Source: Kiloniellaceae bacterium
GTDB lineage: Bacteria > Pseudomonadota > Alphaproteobacteria > Kiloniellales > Kiloniellaceae
NCBI GenBank assembly: GCA_041565695.1
Contig: JBFGUI010000001.1
Span: forward strand, 1 to 51,675
DNA: 51,675 nucleotides
Direction of reading: 5' to 3'
In this document: positions 38,505 through 46,768 of the stretch, one piece after another
How positions within the stretch are numbered: the stretch's first letter is position 1
Layout of the letters: each line of letters begins with the position of its first letter
Notes under the pieces: generated by a model
Databases searched by the model: none
Seen by the model: only the letters and a program-made list of their open reading frames with translations
What the model was told of the DNA's origin: nothing
Translations under genes and position numbers: made by a program

Positions 38505-38999
38505 ATGAGCCGGCTCGACAGCTTCCTGCGGCGCCTGCTGGCTCAGCGCGGCTGCCTTAATGACGCGGTGGCACTGGTCGGCGACCGGCCCGGGCCCGTC
38601 TTCGAACTCGGCCTCGGTAACGGGCGCACCTACGACCACCTGCGCGAACTCTGCCCCCAGCGCGAGATCTTCGTGTTCGAGCGCCAGGTCTCCGCCCATC
38701 CCGATTGCGTTCCGGATGCGGAACATTTGTTTGAGGGGGAACTGGCGGACACCCTGGCGGCGGCCGGCCCGCGCTTTGCCGGCAAGGTCGTCCTGGTCCA
38801 TGCGGACCTTGGCAGCGGCCAGGCCGGGCGGGACGCGCAGACCGCCACCCTGGTTTCGGCCCGCCTGCCGGCCTTCCTCGCGCCGGGCGCAGTTATCGTT
38901 TCGGACCAGAAACTATCTCTGTCGGCGGCCGAAGCGCTGCCGCTGCCGGTAGACGTACAGCCCGGGCGCTATTTCATGTACCGCTGGCCGGAAGCCTGA
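38505..38999 (+). CDS. class I SAM-dependent methyltransferase (small, Methyltransf_17-like)
   Basis: MSRLDSFLRR, ELGLGNGRTYDHLRE, VFER, HADLG. Confidence 0.82.
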   Translation: MSRLDSFLRRLLAQRGCLNDAVALVGDRPGPVFELGLGNGRTYDHLRELCPQREIFVFERQVSAHPDCVPDAEHLFEGELADTLAAAGPRFAGKVVLVHADLGSGQAGRDAQTATLVSARLPAFLAPGAVIVSDQKLSLSAAEALPLPVDVQPGRYFMYRWPEA

Positions 39000-39044
39000 G
39001 GTTCCTGGCGCAGAATCGGTACGCACGTACTTTCCGCTGCGAAA

Positions 39045-39836
39045 TCATTTCAGGTCCAAAACGACCGGGACATGGTCCGAGGGCTTCTCCCAGGTCCGGG
39101 TTTCGCGGACGATCTGAAGGGCTTTCAGACGCTTACGCAGAGGCGGGGTGACCAGTACGTGGTCCAGGCGCCAGCCGTAGTCCTTGGCGAAAGCCTGCGG
39201 AAAGCGATAGCCCCACCAGGTGTAAAGTGGTTCCGGTTCCGGAATGAATCTGCGCGCTACGTCGATCAGCTCGCCGGCCGCCCAGAGCCGGGCCATGTGT
39301 TCGGCCTCCACCTCGGTGTGGCCGACGTTGCGGCGCAAGCGCTTGTGATTCCACACATCGTGCTCAAGCGGCGCCACGTTGAGGTCGCCGACGATCACCG
39401 CCTTGCGCTCGGCGATCCGCTCGGCCCGGGCCCAGGCCGCCATCTCGCTGAGAAACTGCAGCTTGTGGGCGAACTTGTCATTTCGTTCCGGATCCGGAAT
39501 ATCGCCGCCGGCCGGGACATAGAAGTTGTGCAGCTCGATGCCGCCCACGCTGACAGCGGCATGGCGGCAGTCGTCGCGGTCGCACCAGGTCTCCCGCCGC
39601 GGTGCGGTGAGCCGGCGGCGCGACAGAATGGCGACCCCGTTGTAGCCTTTCTGCCCGTGCACAACCGTGTGCGGATAGCCGAAGGCCTGGACCTTCTCCA
39701 GCGGGAAGTCGTCGCTGGCCACCTTGATCTCCTGCAGGCAGAGCACGTCCGGCTGATAGAGTTCGGTGAAGCGCTTCAGATGGTCGAGACGCTGCCGCAC
39801 GGAATTGACGTTCCAGCTGGCGATCCTGAGAGGCAT
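39045..39836 (-). CDS. xth: exodeoxyribonuclease III
   Basis: ASWNVNS, LCLQEIK, GYNGVA, YVPAG, GDLN, YTWW, RLDH, SDHVPV; GGAGA RBS. Confidence 0.93.
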   Translation of the reverse strand: MPLRIASWNVNSVRQRLDHLKRFTELYQPDVLCLQEIKVASDDFPLEKVQAFGYPHTVVHGQKGYNGVAILSRRRLTAPRRETWCDRDDCRHAAVSVGGIELHNFYVPAGGDIPDPERNDKFAHKLQFLSEMAAWARAERIAERKAVIVGDLNVAPLEHDVWNHKRLRRNVGHTEVEAEHMARLWAAGELIDVARRFIPEPEPLYTWWGYRFPQAFAKDYGWRLDHVLVTPPLRKRLKALQIVRETRTWEKPSDHVPVVLDLK

Positions 39837-39999
39837 AGGGTCTCCGGAGGCGGAAAATCGAGTTGTTCCGTTTCGGGAATGAATATCTGAACTTCGTTTC
39901 GCTGAGGAAACGATATGTTCGGTCGAGCGCCAAGGTAGTGCTTTTGCGCTGAGGGTTGAAGCACCGCATGGCTGGCGGGGTGGAATTTTTCGGGGATGC

Positions 40000-40131
40000 G
40001 CCGACCCCCCACAGAGAGGAACGCCCGGTCGGGGGGGATCCGGGCGCTCCATTTCTCCGCGGAGAAGCGAAAGGAAGGCAGGGGAATGCATCCTTCCGCA
40101 GTGACCGGCCCCTTTGCGGGGTCGGCTCTTA
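40000..40131 (-). ncRNA. candidate structured small RNA or 5' leader (unassigned)
   Basis: Closing helix GCCGACCCC/GGGGTCGGC around three internal inverted repeats, two with C-rich loops; TTGTAA-N16-TAAATT promoter-like sequence upstream. Confidence 0.35.
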
Positions 40132-40289
40132 GCACATAATTTAGGAGGGATTGTCGGCTTTACAATCTCACATCTTCGTGGGCGGGGCGAATTCAGCAAA
40201 ACCCTCAAAACACCAAGAAAAGTGCCGCTTTGCTTGGCGCTGCAGGGGCCCAGTTTGTTGGATTCTGCCGCTTTCGCCGACGTCGGCGC

Positions 40290-41108
40290 TCACGCCTGCC
40301 CCAGGGCAGCCAGCGGGAAGACGCCTACGCCTTCCCGGCCGACCGCGCGGGCCCGTACCGCCGCCCCGAAGGCCTCGAACAGCTGGCGCGAAAAGGCATT
40401 CTCCCAGGCCTTGTATTCCGGGTGCCACTGCACCGCGAGCGCAAAAGCCTTGGCGCCCTCGACGCTCACCGCCTCCGGCGTGCCGTCCTCCGCCGCGGCC
40501 TCGACGACGAGGCCTTCGGCCACGCGGTCCAGGGCCTGCCAGTGCAGCGAATTGACCATCAGCGGCCCCTCGATCCCGGCGGCCGCGGCCAGCGCCGCGA
40601 GCGCTCCGCCGGGGCGCAGTTCGACCGGATGCTTCGGCCCGTACTGCACGTCCAGCTCCGGGTGCTGCGGGCGGCGGTGGTCCATGCGGCCGGGCAGCTC
40701 GTGGACCCGGGCATGCAGGCTGCCGCCCAGCGCCACGTTGAGCTCCTGGAAGCCGCGGCAGATCGCCAGCAGCGGCACCCCCTCCTCCAGCGCCAGGCGA
40801 ATCAGCGCCAGGCTGGTCGCATCGCGCGCCGCATCGAAAGGCTCGGCCTCCGGGCTTTCCACCACGCCGTAGTGGCTCGGATGCACGTTCGACGGGCTGC
40901 CGGTCATCATGATGCCGTCGAGACGCCGGATCAGGCGCCGCAGCTCCACCAGGTCTTCGCCCAGGGAGGGGATCATCAGGGGCGCAACGCCGGCGCAGAT
41001 GGCCAGGGCGCGGACATACTTGTCGCCGACGGTATGAAACGGCTGACCGTCGACATCACGCACGCAGGCGGGCACGCCGACCAGCGGCAGGAGAGAGTGC
41101 TTCGTCAT
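40290..41108 (-). CDS. gamma-glutamyl-gamma-aminobutyrate hydrolase family (peptidase C26, PuuD-like)
   Basis: GSPSNVHP..YG, LAICRGFQELNVALGGSL, VNSLH.Q, VQWHPE. Confidence 0.9.
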   Translation of the reverse strand: MTKHSLLPLVGVPACVRDVDGQPFHTVGDKYVRALAICAGVAPLMIPSLGEDLVELRRLIRRLDGIMMTGSPSNVHPSHYGVVESPEAEPFDAARDATSLALIRLALEEGVPLLAICRGFQELNVALGGSLHARVHELPGRMDHRRPQHPELDVQYGPKHPVELRPGGALAALAAAAGIEGPLMVNSLHWQALDRVAEGLVVEAAAEDGTPEAVSVEGAKAFALAVQWHPEYKAWENAFSRQLFEAFGAAVRARAVGREGVGVFPLAALGQA

Positions 41109-41233
41109 GGCTGCTTAGGTAGCGCCGCGCCGAAGCCCTGACAAGCGCCGCAAACGGCGGTCAGGGTTGCGCGCGGCGCCTGTCGCGCGGCTGTGACTTG
41201 CGGGCCACCGGGCCGCCTGCCATATGTCAGGCC

Positions 41234-42064
41234 ATGGTGACCGATCTGGAAGGCCTGCTGGCCTGGAAGGGGCTGGCCGTACTGCTTTGGCTGGCGGCCT
41301 TTTTTCTGGCAGAACGCTGGCGCCCGGCGGCCCGCCCGCGGCCGGCAGCGGCTCAGGGCGCGCCCGGCGGCTGGCACCGCCTCGCCCGCAATGTCGGGCT
41401 CTGGCTGGTGGTCTCGGCCCTCTCCCCCCTCATCGTCCTGCCGCTCACCTACTGGGCCAGCGGCCAGGCGCTCGACTGGCGACCCGCCTGGTGGCAGGGC
41501 GCCCCCGGCCTCGTCCTCGACATCCTTCTGCTCGATGTCCTGATCTACTGGTGGCACCGGGCCAACCACGAGGTGGCTGTCCTCTGGCGCTTTCACGAGG
41601 TCCATCACCTCGACCGATTCCTCGACACCACCTCGGCGCTGCGCTTCCACTTCGGCGAGGTGCTGCTCTCGGCCCTGGCGCGCGCCGGCGTCATCCTGCT
41701 GCTCGGCTTTCCCTTCGCCTCGGTGGTCGCCTTCGAGGTGCTGGTGATCTGTTCGGCGGTCTTCCATCACTCCAACCTGCGCCTCCCGGCGCGGCTGGAG
41801 CGGGTTCTCTCGCGGGTCGTGATCACGCCGTCGATCCACTGGGTGCATCACCACGCCGTGCGGTCCGACACGGATTCGAATTACGGCACCATCTTCAGTT
41901 TCTGGGACCCGCTGTTCGGCACCCGCAGCCCGACGGCGCGCGACCTGGAGATGGCGATCGGCACCGAAGGTCGCGCCGAAGAGGGCTTTCTCGACCTGCT
42001 GATCCATCCCTTCCGCCTCGCCAGCGGGCGGCCTCGGCAGCGCGCGCCGCGCGGCGAAGGGTGA
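41234..42064 (+). CDS. fatty acid hydroxylase/sterol desaturase family membrane enzyme
   Basis: His boxes YWWHRANH, FHEVHH, RFH, FHHSN, HWVHH; SNYG..FS.WD..FGT. Confidence 0.9.
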   Translation: MVTDLEGLLAWKGLAVLLWLAAFFLAERWRPAARPRPAAAQGAPGGWHRLARNVGLWLVVSALSPLIVLPLTYWASGQALDWRPAWWQGAPGLVLDILLLDVLIYWWHRANHEVAVLWRFHEVHHLDRFLDTTSALRFHFGEVLLSALARAGVILLLGFPFASVVAFEVLVICSAVFHHSNLRLPARLERVLSRVVITPSIHWVHHHAVRSDTDSNYGTIFSFWDPLFGTRSPTARDLEMAIGTEGRAEEGFLDLLIHPFRLASGRPRQRAPRGEG

Positions 42065-42099
42065 CGGCAGTCATGCCATCCTGAGCGCAAGCAAGCGCT

Positions 42100-42777
42100 C
42101 TAGCGTTCCGGGTTCTTGTTGAAGACCTCGAGGTCGCTGTAGTCGAAGAGATCGGGATCGACCGCCTCTCCGTAGACCGGGTTGACCAGCGACACCTGTG
42201 TCTGCACCCCCTGGGCATCGACCACTTCCCATTTCTTGAGGCTGAGGGGATCGTCGCTGAAGACCAGCGTGACAGTGCCGCTGTCCGGCGCGTCGGGATC
42301 ATTGAGCGTGATGCGCAGGGTGCCCAGCGCCTCTTCGATGCCGACTATGTTGACGTTCTCGTCGAGGCGCACCTTCTCGCGGATCAGGAACCACAGCGGC
42401 GTCTCCCACAGCGGCAGGAAGGTCGCTTCCTTCAGCTGGCGGTCGTAGTAGAGCAGCGACAGTCCGTTGGCGATGATCAGCACCGGGGTCGGTGGATCGT
42501 AGTCGAAACGCATGTGCCCCGGGCGTTCGACCACGACTTCGCCTTCGGCATAGGCGCCGTTGGAGGAAATCTGCACGAAGCGCGCGCGCAGCGTCCTGAT
42601 GTCGTTGAGGTAGCGCTCGACCCGCGTGATCGCGGCGACGTCGTCGGGCGACAGGGCCGCTGTCTGGCCGCTGCCCTGTGCCGCGGCGCCCGTCGCTTCG
42701 CCCAGCGCCGCAACGCAGGCGCCCGCCAGCAGCACGCCCAGCAGGCGGCGCCGCAGATTGCTTTGGCGAGCGGTCAT
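42100..42777 (-). CDS. lolA: outer membrane lipoprotein carrier LolA
   Basis: Signal peptide; RPGHMRFDY; directly downstream of ftsK. Confidence 0.9.
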   Translation of the reverse strand: MTARQSNLRRRLLGVLLAGACVAALGEATGAAAQGSGQTAALSPDDVAAITRVERYLNDIRTLRARFVQISSNGAYAEGEVVVERPGHMRFDYDPPTPVLIIANGLSLLYYDRQLKEATFLPLWETPLWFLIREKVRLDENVNIVGIEEALGTLRITLNDPDAPDSGTVTLVFSDDPLSLKKWEVVDAQGVQTQVSLVNPVYGEAVDPDLFDYSDLEVFNKNPER

Positions 42778-45203
42778 GCTTCGCCGCCGCCCGGTGGCAG
42801 GACTTCGCGTTTGCCCACGTGGTTCGCGGCGGAGATCAAGCCTTCAGCCTCCATGCGCTCGATGATTCGGGCGGCGCGGTTGTAGCCGATCTGCAGGTGC
42901 CGCTGCACGAAGGAGGTCGACGCCTTGCGGTGCTGCAGTACTATTGCTACGGCGCGGTCGTAGAGGTCATCCCCGCTGCCTTCACCGCCCATGCCACCAC
43001 CGCCGCCAGCGCCGTCGAACTCGCCGTCGCTGTCTTCGGTGATGGCTTCGATGTAGGAAGGCTCACCCTGCTTTTTCAAGAAGGCGACCACGTCCTCGAC
43101 CTCCTGGTCGGTGACCAGCGGGCCGTGCACACGCAGGATCCGGCCGCCCTGGGCCATATAGAGCATGTCGCCCTGGCCGAGCAGCTGTTCGGCGCCCTGC
43201 TCGCCAAGAATGGTGCGGCTGTCGATTTTTGAGGTCACGTGGAACGAAATCCGCGTCGGGAAGTTCGCCTTGATGGTGCCGGTGATGACGTCGACCGAGG
43301 GGCGCTGGGTGGCGACGATCAGGTGAATGCCGGCGGCGCGCGCCATCTGCGCCAGGCGCTGGATCGCCGCCTCGACGTCCTTGCCGGCGACCAGCATGAG
43401 GTCGGCCAGCTCGTCCACCACCACCACGATGAGCGGCAGCGGATCGAGATCGAAGGGCTCCTCCTCGTGGATCGGCTGGCCGGTCTCCGGGTCGAAGCCG
43501 GTCTGCACCTTGCGGGTCAGCACCTCGCCCTTGCGCCGCGCCTCTTCGACGCGGGCGTTGTAGCCTTCCAGGTTGCGCACGCCGAGGCGCGACATGGCGC
43601 GGTAGCGCTCCTCCATCTCGCGCACGGTCCACTTCAGCGCCACCACCGCCTTCTTCGCCTCGGTGACCACCGGCGCCAGCAGATGCGGGATGCCGTCGTA
43701 GACCGAAAGCTCCAGCATCTTGGGGTCGACCATGATGAACTTGCAGCGCTCCGGGCCCAGGCGATAGAGCAGCGACAGGATCATGGCGTTGATCGCCACC
43801 GACTTGCCGGAGCCGGTGGTGCCGGCGACCAGCAGGTGGGGCATGCGCGCCAGATCGACCAGCGAGGGATTGCCGCCGATGTCCTTGCCCAGCACCAGCG
43901 GCAGCTTGGCGCTGGCTTTCTCGTAGTCCTCGCTGGAGAGCAGCTCGCGCAGGTAGACCGTCTCGCGTCTGGCGTTGGGCAGCTCGATGCCGATGACGCT
44001 GTCGCCCGGCACCACGGCGACACGCACCGAGACCGCGCTCATCGACCGCGCGATATCGTCGGCGAGGCCGACGACGCGGCTGGTCTTGGTGCCCGGCGCC
44101 GGCTCCAGCTCGTAGCGGGTGACCACTGGGCCGGGGCGCACCTTGACGATCTCGCCGCGCACGCCGAAGTCCTCCAGCACCGTCTCCAGCAGGCGGGCGT
44201 TCTTCTCCAGGGCGTCGCGGTTGAGCTGTTCGCTGCGGCCGGCGCCCTTGGGCAGGTCGAGCAGGCTGAGCGGCGGGGTCTCGTAGACGCCGGTCGGGCC
44301 CAGATCGAGCCGCCCCTGGGCGGCGGCGCGGGCGCGCTTGCCGGGTTTGCTGGCGCGGCGCGGCGCAGCCACCAGTTCGGCTTCGTCTTCTTCCTCGGCA
44401 GCGGCGCGCGCGGCGGCCCGGCGCAGGGCCGGGGCCAGGGCCTCGCCGTCGTCGTCCCCGTCCAGCTCCTCCGACGCGTCCTCGTCGAGCAGCGGCTCGA
44501 TGCGCTGGCGCTCGCGGCGGGCGGCACGGGCCTCGCCCGGCGCCACCGCGGACGGACGTTCCATGGCCGAGAGGATGCCGCGGCGCGCGCCGCCGAAGAC
44601 CCAGGCCACCGCGCCGCGCAGCACGCGCCACTCGGCGGCGGTGAGGCCGAGGGCGAAGAACAGCCCGGCGAGACCCAGCGGCAGGGCGATCAGCGCCAGC
44701 AGCCAGGGCGACAGGCCGGTCAGGCTGCCGGCCTGTCCCAGCAGCAGGTTGCCGACGAAACCGCCCAGCTTGTTGTCGAGCGGCCAGGTGGTCGGGCGCG
44801 GCAGCGCCTCCAGCGCCATGGCCAGCAGAATGAGCCCGCCGGGGCAGGCGGCGAGGCGCCACCACCAGCGGGTCGGCAGCTGGCGCTCGCGGATCAGACG
44901 CCAGCCCCAGGCGAAGAGCACCAGCGGGGCGAGCAGCGCGGCCATGCCGAGCGACTGCATCATCACGTCGGCGCTGTAGGAGCCGAACAGCCCCAAAGGG
45001 TTGGTCGCCGCGCGGCCGGTGGCATCGTTCCACGACGGATCCTGCGGATTGTAGGTCAGGCAGGCGATCAGCAGGGCGCAGGCGAAGACCGCCAGCACGC
45101 CGCCGCCCAGCTCGATGGCGCGGCGGCGGAAGAAGGCTTGCGTGCCGCTGGGCAGCAGGGTGGTGCGGCCTTCGCGCGCCGAGGTGTTGCTGCGCAGCGC
45201 CAT
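42774..45203 (-). CDS. ftsK: DNA translocase FtsK
   Basis: N-terminal TM domain; PHLLVAGTTGSGKS, VDELADLM, ATQRPSVD; gamma domain QRHLQIGYNRAAR. Confidence 0.98.
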   Translation of the reverse strand: MALRSNTSAREGRTTLLPSGTQAFFRRRAIELGGGVLAVFACALLIACLTYNPQDPSWNDATGRAATNPLGLFGSYSADVMMQSLGMAALLAPLVLFAWGWRLIRERQLPTRWWWRLAACPGGLILLAMALEALPRPTTWPLDNKLGGFVGNLLLGQAGSLTGLSPWLLALIALPLGLAGLFFALGLTAAEWRVLRGAVAWVFGGARRGILSAMERPSAVAPGEARAARRERQRIEPLLDEDASEELDGDDDGEALAPALRRAAARAAAEEEDEAELVAAPRRASKPGKRARAAAQGRLDLGPTGVYETPPLSLLDLPKGAGRSEQLNRDALEKNARLLETVLEDFGVRGEIVKVRPGPVVTRYELEPAPGTKTSRVVGLADDIARSMSAVSVRVAVVPGDSVIGIELPNARRETVYLRELLSSEDYEKASAKLPLVLGKDIGGNPSLVDLARMPHLLVAGTTGSGKSVAINAMILSLLYRLGPERCKFIMVDPKMLELSVYDGIPHLLAPVVTEAKKAVVALKWTVREMEERYRAMSRLGVRNLEGYNARVEEARRKGEVLTRKVQTGFDPETGQPIHEEEPFDLDPLPLIVVVVDELADLMLVAGKDVEAAIQRLAQMARAAGIHLIVATQRPSVDVITGTIKANFPTRISFHVTSKIDSRTILGEQGAEQLLGQGDMLYMAQGGRILRVHGPLVTDQEVEDVVAFLKKQGEPSYIEAITEDSDGEFDGAGGGGGMGGEGSGDDLYDRAVAIVLQHRKASTSFVQRHLQIGYNRAARIIERMEAEGLISAANHVGKREVLPPGGGEA

Positions 45204-45210
45204 GCCCGGC

Positions 45211-46455
45211 TCAGCCCCGCGCCGCCCGCGGCGCGGTCACGCCGTCGGCATCGCCGAGCACCTCGACGATGCGGTTGAGACCGTCCTCGGTGATCGCCGC
45301 GTCGTAGACCAGCGCGACACGGATGTAGCGCGCCCCGGGATTGAAGCCGTCGGCCTGCGGCTCGCACATGTAGGCGCCGGGCACCACGCGCACGCCGGCC
45401 TCGCGCCACAGCTTCAGCGCCGCGGCCTCGCCGTCGCCGACGTCGAGCCAGAGAAAGAAGCCGCCGTCCGGCTTGCGGAAGCCGAAGCGGTTGCCGAGGA
45501 TGCGCTCGGCCAGGGCGAAGTTGCGCCGGTAGTAGTCGCGGTTGGCCTCGACATGCGCCTCGTCGCGCCACAGCCGCGTGCCGGCGGCGAGGATCGGCAG
45601 GCCGACGCCGGCGCCGCCGACGCGCAGCGCCATGTCCAGCGCATCGATCAGCCGGGCCTCGCCGGCGGCAAAGCCGCACCGCAGGCCCGGCGCCGAGGAG
45701 CGCTTGGACAGCGAGTGGAAGATCAGGATGTTGTCGAGGCTGCCGTCGAGCGCCATCGCGGCCTCAAGCGCGCCGGCCGGCGGCGTCGCGTCGTAGATCT
45801 CCGCATAGCACTCGTCGAAGCCGAGAGTGAAGCCGTGCTTGCGGCCGAGCTCGATCAGCCGCGCCAGGTAGTCGCGGTCGGCGGCGGCGCCCTGCGGGTT
45901 GGCCGGCGAGTTGAGGAAGCAGAACACCGCGCGATCGAGGATCGCCGGGTCGAGCGCCTGATAGTCCGGCAGGAAGCCCGTCTGCGCCGTCGCCGCCACG
46001 AAGACCGGCGCGGCGCCCAGCGACACCGCGGCGGCGGCATAAACGTGGTAGAAGGGGTTGGGCAGCAGCACCACCGGCGGTTCGGCACTGCCGTCTCCGC
46101 CCTTCTGGGCCTGCGCGTCGAGCGCCGCCATGACCGCGAAGTAGAGGCCCTCGCGGCTGCCCGGCAGGGGCTGGACGTGGCGGGCCGGGTCGATCACGCC
46201 GGCCGGCAGGTCGTAGCGGCGGGTCAGCCAGTCGGCGCAGGCCTGGCGGTAGGCCTCGGTGCCGCGCGGCGGCGGATAGCTCGACCACTTCGCCGCGGCC
46301 CCGGCGATCTCCTCGGCGACGAAGGCCGGCGGCTGGTTCTTCGGCTCGCCGATCGAAAGCAGGATGGGCTCTTCGCTGCCCGGCGCATGGGAGTCCAGCA
46401 GGCGGCTCAGCCGGGCGAAGGGATGGAAGGACTGAAAGCTGCGGCGGTCGGGCAA
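45211..46455 (-). CDS. class I/II PLP aminotransferase (DapC-like)
   Basis: LSIGEP, GSREGL, NSPANPQG, DECY.EIY, HSLSKRS..PGLRCG; TTG start uncertain. Confidence 0.88.
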   Translation of the reverse strand: MPDRRSFQSFHPFARLSRLLDSHAPGSEEPILLSIGEPKNQPPAFVAEEIAGAAAKWSSYPPPRGTEAYRQACADWLTRRYDLPAGVIDPARHVQPLPGSREGLYFAVMAALDAQAQKGGDGSAEPPVVLLPNPFYHVYAAAAVSLGAAPVFVAATAQTGFLPDYQALDPAILDRAVFCFLNSPANPQGAAADRDYLARLIELGRKHGFTLGFDECYAEIYDATPPAGALEAAMALDGSLDNILIFHSLSKRSSAPGLRCGFAAGEARLIDALDMALRVGGAGVGLPILAAGTRLWRDEAHVEANRDYYRRNFALAERILGNRFGFRKPDGGFFLWLDVGDGEAAALKLWREAGVRVVPGAYMCEPQADGFNPGARYIRVALVYDAAITEDGLNRIVEVLGDADGVTAPRAARG

Positions 46456-46587
46456 AACGCTCTGTTCCGAAGGTTCCGTCGAAGGGTCCCCTGGATGTCA
46501 CTCCCCGGGAGTGACCGCGCCGGGGACGCGCCTCCGGCGCGGCGGGCATCGGCGGGAGGCGGTACAAATCGCAAACGAATCCAGCGG

Positions 46588-46616
46588 ATTCTATCTGTGC
46601 CGCCGAGGTGCGACAA
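46588..46616 (-). promoter_or_regulatory. sigma70-type promoter of the aminotransferase-ftsK-lolA operon
   Basis: TTGTCG-N17-TAGAAT on the minus strand. Confidence 0.5.
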
Positions 46617-46662
46617 GCCTCCGCCGGTGCCGGCAAGGGGAAGGCTAGGCGGGAAATGCGGC

Positions 46663-46698
46663 AAAAAAAGGGGCCTGGGAGCGTCGGCTCCCAGGCCC
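46663..46698 (-). terminator. Rho-independent terminator after amtB
   Basis: 12-bp stem GGGCCTGGGAGC/GCTCCCAGGCCC, 4-nt loop, then C-T7 on the minus strand. Confidence 0.9.
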
Positions 46699-46768
46699 AG
46701 TCTTGGCAGAGGATAATCGTGTCCCTGAAGGAGCGCGATTACCGGTGTGGTGTCAGAGGACGCCGTCC

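Noticed and set aside
39837-40289. SRP RNA, tRNA or alphaproteobacterial LexA box upstream of xth
   Set aside because: No SRP domain IV motif, no T-loop/cloverleaf, no GTTC-N7-GTTC found
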